NCBI GenBank assembly: GCA_041663005.1
Contig: JBAZRK010000001.1
Coordinates: 288,734 to 336,733, forward strand
Source: Minisyncoccota bacterium
Lineage (GTDB): Bacteria > Patescibacteriota > Minisyncoccia > Phycocordibacterales > UBA9973
DNA length: 48,000 nt
Direction of reading: 5' to 3'
The notes below the pieces were generated by a model, which saw only the letters and a program-made list of their open reading frames with translations, was not told the DNA's origin and did not search any database. This document shows, piece after piece, positions 28,551-37,981 of this stretch; the first letter of the stretch is position 1, and each line of letters begins with the position of its first letter. The translations under genes and the position numbers were made by a program.

Positions 28551-29843
28551 TTATTTTAGCAATAAAAGCTCTAGCTTGGAACTAGCGTCTTTGACGGCGT
28601 CGGATTCTGTTAAGTTGTTCGAGAGAACTGAGTTAACCATACCGCGGAATATGTTATCCGTGTCGACAGGCGACGGGTCCAGCCAGCTCCTGGCATACAG
28701 GGCGGAACTATAGAAAATCGGAGAAAAGGAATCTTCTGTAGGCGGCACTGCCAGCAGGTCTCTCCGTGCCGGAGCGACGCCTAGCATCGCAGCGTATTTG
28801 GCGGCGAAGTCGGTGGATGAGAGCAGGCTCGCCGCAGTGAGCGCTGTATTTATATTTTTCGAAGCTGAGGACACTGCCACGCCAGTAACCCGAGCGAGGG
28901 TTAATTTCGTCTTGGCATCTTTGATTTGCGGTACAGAAGCTATGAAAAAGTTCTGGTTCGGATTCTTGTTAACCAAGGATTGCAGTTCACTGGCGTAACC
29001 GAAGTAAAACGCGAGATCCTCTCTGGAAAAAACATCGACTGAACTTGCAAAGGAACGATTCCAAGAATATAGGGCGCTATTAGGGTCGGCGAAACTTGTA
29101 TAAAATTGGACAATAGAGGGTAAGCTGTACGTTCCCACCGGGGTGTCGAGCGTAGATTTGAGCCTATCGCCTTGTTCAGTGACAATAGGGTTACCGGCCT
29201 GCATAAAAAGCATCGCAAGTATGTCCTTGGCGTGAGTCACGTTCGCGTATTGCCCCAATGCGACCCCACTTCTACTTATAGTGTTGGCATCGTCCTTATC
29301 GGTAAGCTTGGCGACATCTATGGAAAATTCTGCCCAGTCTTTCGGCGGGAAAACTATCCCCTTCGCATCGAGCATACTTCTGTTGTGATAAAGCAAAAGC
29401 GGGTCAATGGAAAGCGGAAAGGCCATTATCCCCTGACTGGTCAAGAAGACTTCCCCTGCCCCGGCAAAAATATTTTTAAAAGTGGCGACGGGGTAGCTCG
29501 CGTAAGGAATAGCAATAATTTTATTGGCATAACCGTAAGCTAAATCATCCGAAATGAAAAACAAGTCGGGGCCCACTCCCGAGGCCAAAGCTTCCAAGAG
29601 ATCTTGGTCGAAAGTATCGGCTGATTTCTCTTCATATTTCAAAACGAAGGTCGGGTTGGCATCATTGAACTCTTCAAGCGGTTGGGTCATTAAAGCTGTC
29701 GGTACTGTGCCCCAGAGCACCACAGTGCCCAAGCTCCCTTCGCTCCCACCACCGATAGGAATAGCTCCGGAGAAAACCAAAACACCGAAAACTGCGGCGA
29801 CAATGAAAGCTATTATTAGTATAAGTTGAAAATTAAATTTCAT
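28551..29843 (-). CDS. Extracellular solute-binding protein (family 1, sugar-binding-like)
   Basis: N-terminal TM, VVLWG, LLEALASGVGPDLF, PLSIDPLLLYHNR, PKDW.EF. Confidence 0.82.
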   Translation of the reverse strand: MKFNFQLILIIAFIVAAVFGVLVFSGAIPIGGGSEGSLGTVVLWGTVPTALMTQPLEEFNDANPTFVLKYEEKSADTFDQDLLEALASGVGPDLFFISDDLAYGYANKIIAIPYASYPVATFKNIFAGAGEVFLTSQGIMAFPLSIDPLLLYHNRSMLDAKGIVFPPKDWAEFSIDVAKLTDKDDANTISRSGVALGQYANVTHAKDILAMLFMQAGNPIVTEQGDRLKSTLDTPVGTYSLPSIVQFYTSFADPNSALYSWNRSFASSVDVFSREDLAFYFGYASELQSLVNKNPNQNFFIASVPQIKDAKTKLTLARVTGVAVSSASKNINTALTAASLLSSTDFAAKYAAMLGVAPARRDLLAVPPTEDSFSPIFYSSALYARSWLDPSPVDTDNIFRGMVNSVLSNNLTESDAVKDASSKLELLLLK

Positions 29844-29855
29844 TTTGCGAATTTT

Positions 29856-30368
29856 CTACCCTTTCCTAAATATCATACCATAATGTTCTTGACCTGTATC
29901 CATTTCTCGATCGAAAACAAACCCGTGCTTTTCGAACATTTCTCTAGCACGGCCCTTCGCGATGGCGACCTTAGACATAACAGACTTGTCGGACCAGTCC
30001 GAGAAGAGTACTTGACCCTTGGGTCGGAGGATACGCTTAATTTCCGCGAGGAAACCATTTTTGTTTTCAACCTGGAAAAGAATATTCGAGGCAATAACCA
30101 CGTCCGCAATTCCATCCCCCAGCTTGCTCCCTCCTGGCTTCTCCACATTGCCCCAAATTATCTCCACGTTCTTAAGTCCCGCTTCAGAAACCTTGTGTCG
30201 GATGGTATCGAGATAATCTTTTTCAATTTCCACGGCGTAAACCTTGCCCCTAGAAGCAATTTTCCCAGCGGCGATAGCATAGTAGCCCGTGCCAGCGCCA
30301 AGGTCCGCAACGATGCTGTCTTCTTTAAGTCCGAAAACTTTTAAATTTTTTTCCGGATTGCTAAACAT
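29856..30368 (-). CDS. Class I SAM-dependent methyltransferase
   Basis: VADLGAGTG, VYAVE, ADVVIASNILF, RILRPKG..DW. Confidence 0.9.
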   Translation of the reverse strand: MFSNPEKNLKVFGLKEDSIVADLGAGTGYYAIAAGKIASRGKVYAVEIEKDYLDTIRHKVSEAGLKNVEIIWGNVEKPGGSKLGDGIADVVIASNILFQVENKNGFLAEIKRILRPKGQVLFSDWSDKSVMSKVAIAKGRAREMFEKHGFVFDREMDTGQEHYGMIFRKG

Positions 30369-30394
30369 TTATATATTGTATCAAATACAAACGA

Positions 30395-32857
30395 CTAAAG
30401 ACAGGTAAGAGATGCGATACCGTCGCCCGCACGAAGTCGCATAATGGTTACTCCTTGTGTCTGCCTTCCTAGGCTCGAAACATCTTTGAGTGGTGTCCTG
30501 ATAACCTGTCCTTTCTTCGACATCGCGATGAGTTCTTCTTCTGCGCCGGAGAGTACCTTGGCGACTATGAGCTTGCCGGTCTTCCCGGTAACCTTGGCGG
30601 TTTTAATACCAGAACCGCCACGCTTTTGCACTTTGTATTCCTTAAGACCAGTCTTTTTGCCGAAGCCGTTAGCGCTCATCGTGAGGAAGGATCCATCTTT
30701 CTGTTCTTTGTTTATAGAACCCACCCCGATGACTTCGTCGTCTTTGCCGAGCCTTATACCGGAAACCCCGCCAGCCGTCCTGCCCATTTCTCGGACATCG
30801 GATTCTTTAAATCGGATTGATTGACCCATTGCTGTAGCAATTATAACTTCGTCGCCTTTCTCCGTCACAAGCGCAGAGACCAACTGGTCATCTTTGTCCA
30901 GACGGATAGCGATGATACCACTTCGTCGAACATCCTTGAAGCTTTCGGTGGCCATCTTTTTAGCTGTACCGTTTTTGGTCACAAGCATTAGTGACGACGG
31001 AACCTTGCTTAAGTCTTTTGGCATTGCGAGAATCGAATTTACTTTTTCATCACCGGAGAGTTGCAAGAAGTTCATTATCGACTTCCCTTTCGTGGCTCTT
31101 CGGCCTTCCGGGATATCGTACATTTTCATATGGTAGACTTTACCCAAATTGGTAAAGAAGAGGAGGTTTGAGTGCGAAGACCCGGACACCAGCATCGTGA
31201 CGAAGTCTTCTTCTTTTGTTTCGAGGTCTATAACCCCAACGCCACCTCGCTTCTGGGCGCGATATTCGGAAGGATCGGTGCACTTCACGTAGCCACCTTG
31301 GGTCAAAACCAGCACCGTTTCTTTGTCCGGTACCAAATCTTCATCGGAAATTTCTTTCACCCCGCCTTTAATTATTTTCGTTCGGCGCTCATCTGCGTAT
31401 TTTTCTTTAATTTCTTTGAGCTCGGTAGAAATAACTTTGAGGATTTTCTTCGGGCTCGCGAGAAGGTCTTTCATTTGAGCGATGAAATTCTGCTTTTCTT
31501 TGAGTTCGTCTTCCACTGCCTTACGTTCCAGTCCAGCAAGCTTGGAGAGTTTCATTTCGAGAATAGCCGTTGCCTGCAAGTCGGAGAACTTGAATTCCTT
31601 CATTAAATTCACCTTTGCGATCTGTGAATTCTTGGATCCTCGGATGACCGTTATCACCCGATCAATTTTATCCAGAGCTTTCTTGAGTCCGAGGAGAATA
31701 TGTTCCCTCTCTTCGGCTCGGCGCAGATCGTAAGCGGAGCGCTTCTTAACTACTTCTTTCCTGTGGTCGATAAATTCTTCGAGAATGGACTTGAGCGACA
31801 GTGTTTCCGGGACGCCGTCTACCAGCGCCACCATATTGAAATTGAAATTGGATTCAAGTTGAGTGTTTTTGTAAATATAATTCAAAACTTTCTCTGGATG
31901 CGCTGAAGACTTAAGGTCGATGACTATCCTTATATCCTTCGTTGATTCGTCACGCAGACCCTTGATACCTTCGAGCTTCTTTTCTTGTACTAGTTCGGCG
32001 ATAGCCATAATGAGATTTGCTTTGTTAACTCGAAAAGGAATCGAAGTAATGATGATTGAAAAATTGCCCCCTTTTTCCTCGACTATCTCGGCTTCGCCTC
32101 GGCAGACTACGCCTCCTCGGCCTGTACCGTAGGCGTGGAGCATATCCTTATATCCGTAGGCGATACCTCCTGTCGGGAAATCGGGCCCTTTGATAAATTG
32201 CAAAAGGTCTTCCGTGGTTGCATCAGGATTGTCTATCAAGTGGTCCGTAGCGTCGAGTACTTCCGCCAAGTTGTGCGAAGGAATGTTGGTCGCCATACCA
32301 ACGGCAATACCTAAAGTACCATTGAGCAATAGCGCCGGAACCGCCGACGGAAACACTACCGGCTCTTTGCGAGTCTGGTCGTAGTTCGGGCGGAAAGGCA
32401 CGGTTTCTTTATCCAAGTCTCGGAGAAGTTCGTTGGAAATTTTCGCCATTTTGGCCTCGGTATAACGCATTGCGGCCGCATTGTCTCCGTCAATCGAACC
32501 GAAGTTTCCCTGGCCTAAAATAAGAGGGTACCTATATGAAAATTCTTGCGCCATACCCACCATCGAATCATAAACAGCTACGTCCCCGTGCGGGTGATAT
32601 TTTCCTAGCACATCTCCAACTACCGCTGCGGATTTGCGGAAGCGCGCGGACGAAGTGAGCCCCAATTCATTCATTGCGAAGAGAATTCGCCGATGCACTG
32701 GCTTAAGGCCGTCTCGCACGTCAGGAAGCGCGCGGGAAGTTATCACCGACATCGCATAGGCGAGGTAGGATTCTTTCATTTCCGCCACTACGTCAACCGG
32801 CAAAATTGTGTCTGCGGCTCTCGTGTCGTTTTCTTTTGGTGAATTATTCTTTGCCAT
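30395..32857 (-). CDS. gyrA: DNA gyrase subunit A
   Basis: [29 protein letters not shown], GyrA-box QKRGGVG, C-terminal pinwheel repeats. Confidence 0.98.
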   Translation of the reverse strand: MAKNNSPKENDTRAADTILPVDVVAEMKESYLAYAMSVITSRALPDVRDGLKPVHRRILFAMNELGLTSSARFRKSAAVVGDVLGKYHPHGDVAVYDSMVGMAQEFSYRYPLILGQGNFGSIDGDNAAAMRYTEAKMAKISNELLRDLDKETVPFRPNYDQTRKEPVVFPSAVPALLLNGTLGIAVGMATNIPSHNLAEVLDATDHLIDNPDATTEDLLQFIKGPDFPTGGIAYGYKDMLHAYGTGRGGVVCRGEAEIVEEKGGNFSIIITSIPFRVNKANLIMAIAELVQEKKLEGIKGLRDESTKDIRIVIDLKSSAHPEKVLNYIYKNTQLESNFNFNMVALVDGVPETLSLKSILEEFIDHRKEVVKKRSAYDLRRAEEREHILLGLKKALDKIDRVITVIRGSKNSQIAKVNLMKEFKFSDLQATAILEMKLSKLAGLERKAVEDELKEKQNFIAQMKDLLASPKKILKVISTELKEIKEKYADERRTKIIKGGVKEISDEDLVPDKETVLVLTQGGYVKCTDPSEYRAQKRGGVGVIDLETKEEDFVTMLVSGSSHSNLLFFTNLGKVYHMKMYDIPEGRRATKGKSIMNFLQLSGDEKVNSILAMPKDLSKVPSSLMLVTKNGTAKKMATESFKDVRRSGIIAIRLDKDDQLVSALVTEKGDEVIIATAMGQSIRFKESDVREMGRTAGGVSGIRLGKDDEVIGVGSINKEQKDGSFLTMSANGFGKKTGLKEYKVQKRGGSGIKTAKVTGKTGKLIVAKVLSGAEEELIAMSKKGQVIRTPLKDVSSLGRQTQGVTIMRLRAGDGIASLTCL

Positions 32858-32858
32858 T

Positions 32859-33086
32859 CTATTCTGTTATGCTCTGGAAACCGTCAATAAGGTTTACCTT
32901 AAGCGCCGACAACGGTGCCACGCCGTCCCGTACTTCTGCTCGTGTTTCATCCTTTGTAAAATTCCTGCCGAGAGACAATACCCACAGCAAGAACAATATA
33001 ACGGCAAAGAAAACCGTCGTCACGTGGAGGATATGCCTCCTTACTGCTTCCGGCTGCCTGCGAACATTGTGGATGAATTTTTTCAT
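32859..33086 (-). CDS. Small single-TM hypothetical protein
   Basis: Fills the gap in the operon, 1 nt before gyrA; basic N-terminus then [20 protein letters not shown]. Confidence 0.7.
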   Translation of the reverse strand: MKKFIHNVRRQPEAVRRHILHVTTVFFAVILFLLWVLSLGRNFTKDETRAEVRDGVAPLSALKVNLIDGFQSITE

Positions 33087-33093
33087 AAATAAT

Positions 33094-33720
33094 TTATGCC
33101 TCTTTTAATACTACCACTTCCCCTTCCTTACCTTCCAGGTCTTTCCTCTTGAGTGTTAGCTTATCCACCCGCTCCGCATCTTCTTCTCCCATTTCTTTTA
33201 GGAATGCCTTGAGGGATTTCTCATCGTAGTCCATCGGGATTATAAGTTTCGGTTCAAGTGCGGAGGCAAGCTTCCCGGCAGCCTTAGCATCAAGCATACC
33301 CTCGCCACCTACCGGCACGAAGAGGATATCCGGGCTGTTGATAGCTTCGCGAGACTCTTTGGAAATTTCTGTCTCATCTAGCGCCCCAAGGAAAGCGATA
33401 TTAATTCCATCCAAAGTGAACAAGTAGATGGAATTCATGTATTTCTTGCCTGCAATATTCGCCTCTGAGAGAACACCCTTGATGAAAATTTCTCGAATTT
33501 CATAATCTCCCGGACCCTTTATAACAAACGGCTCACGTTCCCCGTGCGACAACTGTTCCACGCCATTGTAATCCGCGTGGTTCGTGGTTACGAGTGCGAT
33601 GTCTGTTCCGAAGTGCGCTGAGATGCCTGTTTTAGAGGCTTTGCTCACAGGATTAAACGCCAGGACAAGCTCCCCTTGCCCAATCTTAAAAAATTGCTTG
33701 CCGAAATACGTTATTATCAT
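33094..33720 (-). CDS. MBL-fold metallo-hydrolase-like protein (degenerate)
   Basis: MIITYFG..F.I, TTNHADYNG, GPGDYEI, DILFVPVGG, LEPKLIIPM. Confidence 0.8.
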   Translation of the reverse strand: MIITYFGKQFFKIGQGELVLAFNPVSKASKTGISAHFGTDIALVTTNHADYNGVEQLSHGEREPFVIKGPGDYEIREIFIKGVLSEANIAGKKYMNSIYLFTLDGINIAFLGALDETEISKESREAINSPDILFVPVGGEGMLDAKAAGKLASALEPKLIIPMDYDEKSLKAFLKEMGEEDAERVDKLTLKRKDLEGKEGEVVVLKEA

Positions 33721-33824
33721 TCCTTATATTATAGCAAATTAGAGCTGAAAGGACAAACGAAAAATGCTTGCTTTTTATGTTATTTGTAGTAGAGTGAGAA
33801 CACAATAGAATTATTATTAAAAGC

Positions 33825-33898
33825 AGGATTTGGGGTAACCCTCGGCGGCGCAAGCTAAAGAGATCCTAAACCTTTATCCGCTTTAATGCGGATTTTTT
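33825..33898 (+). promoter_or_regulatory. Structured rpsA leader ending in a terminator-like hairpin
   Basis: AGGAT/ATCCT stem enclosing GGG-TAA-CCC and GGC-GCAA-GCT hairpins, then ATCCGC-TTTAAT-GCGGAT-TTTTT 14 nt before the ATG. Confidence 0.5.
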
Positions 33899-33912
33899 AT
33901 TAGAAATCATTT

Positions 33913-35004
33913 ATGCGAAAAGAAGAAACAGTAACAGTGGAAGAAAATACGGTTCTAAGTTCGGTCGTTGACCGCAGCCAGAGCCGACCGGAAGTGGACT
34001 CATTAATTGAAGGGTCTGTTATCCTCGTTGATAAATCATCCGTATACGTAGACCTAGCGCCCTGGGGCACAGGTATAATCTACGGCCGCGAGTTTATGAA
34101 CGCCAAAGATGTCATCAACAAGATGAGCATTGGCGATGTCATAAAAGCGAAAATAGTAGACGCCGAAAACGAAGAGGGCTACATCGAGCTTTCATTAAAA
34201 GAAGCCAAGCAAGCCCTCGCCTGGAGCGAAGCTGAGAAGGCCATCCGAGCGAAGACTATCCTATCTCTTGAAGTTAAAGACGCGAACAAAGGCGGACTTA
34301 TTTTGGAATGGCAGGGCATCCAGGGATTCTTGCCTGCTTCCCAGCTCAAGCCTGAACACTATCCTAGGGTTCTAGACTCTGATAAAGATAAGATATTAAA
34401 AGAGCTCAAGAAGTTAGTCGGTGAGAAAATTTCCGTTATGATTATTTCAACCTTGCCGAAAGAAGGCAAGCTTATTTTCTCCGAGAAAGAAAACAATCCT
34501 GAGGAAAAGAAAGAAATTCTCTCGAAATATTCCATCGGCGATACACTTGAATGCATTATTGCCGGTATCGTAGACTTCGGCGTATTCCTTAAGCTCGAAG
34601 ACGGACTGGAAGGTTTGGTTCACATCTCTGAACTTGATTGGGGTTTGGTAGAAGACCCTAGAAGTATGTTTAAGGTGGGTGAGAAGGTGAAGGCGAAAGT
34701 TATCGAAATTAAAGACGGTAAGGTTTCGCTCTCGCTTAAAGCCCTCAAGGAAAATCCTTGGAAAGAATTTGAGGGTAAATTAAAGAAGGGCGACATCATT
34801 AAAGGTGTTGTCATCAAGTACAACAAACACGGCGCGCTGGTATCCATCAAGGAAGGCGTAGCGGGCTTGGTACACAACTCCACTTTCCCTTCAGAAATTA
34901 AACTCAGGGAAACTCTGGAGCTAGGAAAGAATTACAATTTCCAAATTACCTTGTTTGAGCCTAAGGATCAGAAAATGACCCTGGTTCACCTCGACGAAAA
35001 ATAA
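33913..35004 (+). CDS. rpsA: 30S ribosomal protein S1, short form (about 4 S1 domains)
   Basis: GYIELSLK, NKGGL..GFLPASQL, DFGVF..EGLVHISEL, KVSLSLK. Confidence 0.9.
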   Translation: MRKEETVTVEENTVLSSVVDRSQSRPEVDSLIEGSVILVDKSSVYVDLAPWGTGIIYGREFMNAKDVINKMSIGDVIKAKIVDAENEEGYIELSLKEAKQALAWSEAEKAIRAKTILSLEVKDANKGGLILEWQGIQGFLPASQLKPEHYPRVLDSDKDKILKELKKLVGEKISVMIISTLPKEGKLIFSEKENNPEEKKEILSKYSIGDTLECIIAGIVDFGVFLKLEDGLEGLVHISELDWGLVEDPRSMFKVGEKVKAKVIEIKDGKVSLSLKALKENPWKEFEGKLKKGDIIKGVVIKYNKHGALVSIKEGVAGLVHNSTFPSEIKLRETLELGKNYNFQITLFEPKDQKMTLVHLDEK

Positions 35005-35011
35005 AAGTAAC

Positions 35012-35050
35012 AAAATAAAATCCCCTCATTTAAGGAGGGGATTTTATTTT
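35012..35050. terminator. Bidirectional intrinsic terminator
   Basis: AAAATAAAATCCCCTC-7 nt-GAGGGGATTTTATTTT, perfect 16-bp stem between convergent genes. Confidence 0.85.
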
Positions 35051-35071
35051 GCATCTTAATTTAAAATTTCG

Positions 35072-35698
35072 CTAAGACACCACCTCTACTCTTTTAAACA
35101 AGTCTGGATTTTCTTTGATGGACATATACATAGTCAAACCAAACTCTGCGCAAACTGCTTTATTAAATTCAGCTACGCTCAACATAGTAGCTGCAAAATT
35201 ACCGCCAGTCAGTTTTAAATAATCCTTAGTGGCGTCCTGTACTAGCAGAGTAATAAAATCTACGGGACTTAATCCATAGGAAGCAACTCCAGAAGGATGA
35301 GTATGAAATGTGCCGACAATTCTTTGTGAAGCCTCTTTTCCTTTATCTTTAGATATATCAAATTGAACTTTACTATCATCTCCTTGGGTGATGTCCCCCA
35401 TAGTAATATTTTTATCGTGTATATCGGTTCGCACCGAACGAGCGAATTCTATATCGCCATGTTGTTCCATCAGACGTAATAATTCTACCATGGTATCATC
35501 CCACCCTTCGCAGTGTATTTTTTCCGGAGCATTGCTTGCAGGTATATATTGGCCATTATTCAAGACCCCTAGGTTAATCATGATTTCTTTAAACCGCGAG
35601 AAATCCCATTCGTTTGGTTTGGTAAGAAGATCTATGGACCTTTCTATGCCTGGAGGCATTTTGGGTGGATATATATTTTTAGGATAGAATTTATCCAT
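35072..35698 (-). CDS. JAB/MPN (JAMM-motif) domain protein
   Basis: IEFA..IVGTFHTHPSGVASYGLSPVD = E..HxH-x9-SxxD. Confidence 0.6.
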   Translation of the reverse strand: MDKFYPKNIYPPKMPPGIERSIDLLTKPNEWDFSRFKEIMINLGVLNNGQYIPASNAPEKIHCEGWDDTMVELLRLMEQHGDIEFARSVRTDIHDKNITMGDITQGDDSKVQFDISKDKGKEASQRIVGTFHTHPSGVASYGLSPVDFITLLVQDATKDYLKLTGGNFAATMLSVAEFNKAVCAEFGLTMYMSIKENPDLFKRVEVVS

Positions 35699-35761
35699 AC
35701 AATTACTTTTTTAATTTATATGAATAATAACAAATCTAGAAATGTAAAACAAAGAACCATC

Positions 35762-35795
35762 AAAAAATCCCCTGAGCTAGTCGAGAGGATTTTTT
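35762..35795. terminator. Terminator hairpin whose loop resembles REP family C
   Basis: AAAAAATCC-cctgagctagtcgaga-GGATTTTTT just downstream of the 35808 gene. Confidence 0.65.
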
Positions 35796-35807
35796 GTGTT
35801 TTAGAAA

Positions 35808-36422
35808 TTAAGATTGGGCTAGAGAGTTCATTGTGCCAAGGTTTATAGGACCTATGGAATTCATAATCGCTATAACTTGATCAGCGTATCTAGGTACTAT
35901 GGAAGGCGGGTTATAGGCCTGGAGAATTGCTTTGGTGTCTTTATCCTCGTAGTGATAAGCCGTATTGGGATTGTTACCACCCAGGTTTCTGGCTATAGTT
36001 GCAATAGCATGTTCGTTGGATTTGAAGCCAATTTTACAGGAGCCCCAACCGAAAGGATTGTTGTCTACCCTCTTACAGGCAAATTTTCCTCCAGTGGATT
36101 CTCGTACGGCAATAGCTGCCACGAGGCGCCAGTCCAGTCCGTTCTTCTCGGCCTCGGTAACCATAGCCATGCCCGTCCCGGCTAGTGGCATATCTCGCTC
36201 CTTGAAATAAGCATCGACGGCTCGAGCGCGGGCTTCCTTGGTTAAGACTTCCGTTGCAGCGGCCTGGTTAAGAGCCGGAGCACCGTCAGTTTCTATATTT
36301 ATTTTAGCCAATAAGTTTGTTGCAGTTTCGGTTTTTTGCACGCTACCCATAGAAAACGAGGTAGTAATTACGGGCAAAAGTACCAAAGATTGCACGAAAC
36401 GTATTAGATTTTTATTTTTCAT
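35808..36422 (-). CDS. Secreted lysozyme-like (SLT/glucosaminidase-type) protein
   Basis: Signal peptide; GLDWRLVAAIAVRESTGGK (catalytic Glu pattern), NNPFGW, YNPP..Y. Confidence 0.7.
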   Translation of the reverse strand: MKNKNLIRFVQSLVLLPVITTSFSMGSVQKTETATNLLAKINIETDGAPALNQAAATEVLTKEARARAVDAYFKERDMPLAGTGMAMVTEAEKNGLDWRLVAAIAVRESTGGKFACKRVDNNPFGWGSCKIGFKSNEHAIATIARNLGGNNPNTAYHYEDKDTKAILQAYNPPSIVPRYADQVIAIMNSIGPINLGTMNSLAQS

Positions 36423-36536
36423 ATTTGGGCGGTATCTGCTCCGCCAACTCCTTTTCTTCTGTAACGTCCAAACAAGCTCTAACTAAAACATCCTTATGTT
36501 ATTAGGCTTACGCCTTTACATTAAGGATATACATAC

Positions 36537-36565
36537 ATCTTAGCATACTTGAGCTAAAAAGTCAA
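36537..36565 (-). promoter_or_regulatory. sigma70 extended -10 promoter
   Basis: TTGACT-17 nt-(TGC)TAAGAT upstream of the 36422 gene. Confidence 0.7.
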
Positions 36566-36698
36566 TAGTTAAACAACACTTTTTTCATATGTCAAATCCA
36601 AAATATCTTGTAAAATAAGGGTTTTTTGACAAGCTATCCTTGACAAATAATGCTTAAAATTGAACAATAAATAGGTTGTGGATAAGGTTTGGCACGAT

Positions 36699-36727
36699 TT
36701 GCAAAGAAAGGTTAAAACGAGTAGTAT
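36699..36727 (+). promoter_or_regulatory. sigma70 promoter with leaderless geometry, preceded by a DnaA box (TGTGGATAA, 36677-36685)
   Basis: TTGCAA-17 nt-TAGTAT-6 nt-ATG(36734). Confidence 0.6.
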
Positions 36728-36733
36728 TGAGGA

Positions 36734-37981
36734 ATGCAAATACTGCTCAAAAGGAGGATGTTGGCCCTATCCTCTGCCCTCCGAACCGCCGAAAAAGTAA
36801 GATTGGCCAAGTGTATCGAAGATAATTGGCATAAAACGTGCCTCTCCTACTCCCAAGAGCTCAATTTCTGGAGACCCAAGCTCCCTATGGAGCCTGAACT
36901 GCAAGGCGCCTTCCTTGAGGAGCTCGAAAGACTCGAGATTGACCCTCTCTCACGCAAAGAGATTATCGACTCTATTCAAAGGAGGCGCATTATTCAAACA
37001 GCCCCACACCTAGTAGCAACGGAGGGGCCAAGGATGCTCTGTATCAACTGGCTCGGATCTTTGGGTGTCCCGGATAAAGAATTCTATATTGTGGGGATGT
37101 TTTCTGGGGTACCCTTCTCTAACCGTTTCCGACCCGGACGAATAAACCGCAAAGAAGGCTCGATAAATTTATTTCCTAGCGCGCTTCAGGATGGACTCGT
37201 GTACCGAAGCATTATCCCCGAAAAGTTTAAGGAATCGATGGACGGCTTGCCCCGAAAAATAACGAAATTTTTTCCTTTTACGAGTCCTGGGCAGTCGTAT
37301 ACTAAATGGGCCCTGCAATCTTGCCAGCATATCGAGCGACAAATACTCAAAAAGAATAATCTGGTTTACTTGGATGTGAACGAAGTCGTGTCTCGGTACC
37401 TCGTTAAGGTTCTAAAAAATCCAAATCATACAATCTACAAAATTTTATTCAACCCGGCCGACCGCAAGGACTTTATGCATCGCTTCCCTAATGAAATAAT
37501 CTTCTATACTCCTGTCATAAGCGGCAAATATGAAAAAATGGAAAATATGCGCATCAAAGGTAAGGCCCTGGTCAGCAGAAATGCGGAGATACCTCTCGAG
37601 CCAGAAGCAATAATCCACGAACTGGAAAATGGCCGCCTCTGCCCTTCGCTGGTCGTCACCTTTATGGTTCTGGCCTTCATCAATCAATTCAAATGTTTCG
37701 GCTCTTTCGCCCAAGTCGAGTATCTGCCGGTGTATCAGAAAAAACTCGCAAAGCTTAAAGCAATGAAGGAATTCAAAATCGATACTATCGCCACCTCGAA
37801 CTTAACCACCGGCTCTTTCCCCGGGCAAAAGGACTTTTACCCTGCTGACATAATAATAGAAAACAACAAATGGAGACCGGATGGCAAAATGCTGTTCGGC
37901 GAATTAATAATGCCGATAAAGAAAACTCTTATGGAGAGTTACTTTACCGGCGACGAAAGAAACAGCAATGAAAAAAAATAA
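36734..37981 (+). CDS. Hypothetical soluble enzyme-like protein
   Basis: 415-aa ORF overlapping the start of the Mur-ligase gene; motifs IIQTAPH, GVPFSN..PG, CFGSFAQVEYL. Confidence 0.75.
   Translation: MQILLKRRMLALSSALRTAEKVRLAKCIEDNWHKTCLSYSQELNFWRPKLPMEPELQGAFLEELERLEIDPLSRKEIIDSIQRRRIIQTAPHLVATEGPRMLCINWLGSLGVPDKEFYIVGMFSGVPFSNRFRPGRINRKEGSINLFPSALQDGLVYRSIIPEKFKESMDGLPRKITKFFPFTSPGQSYTKWALQSCQHIERQILKKNNLVYLDVNEVVSRYLVKVLKNPNHTIYKILFNPADRKDFMHRFPNEIIFYTPVISGKYEKMENMRIKGKALVSRNAEIPLEPEAIIHELENGRLCPSLVVTFMVLAFINQFKCFGSFAQVEYLPVYQKKLAKLKAMKEFKIDTIATSNLTTGSFPGQKDFYPADIIIENNKWRPDGKMLFGELIMPIKKTLMESYFTGDERNSNEKK

Noticed and set aside
36480-36730. Replication origin (AT-rich intergenic region with a DnaA box; also 45248)
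   Set aside because: Only one perfect box at each site, no dnaA/dnaN nearby, and no change in gene-strand bias.
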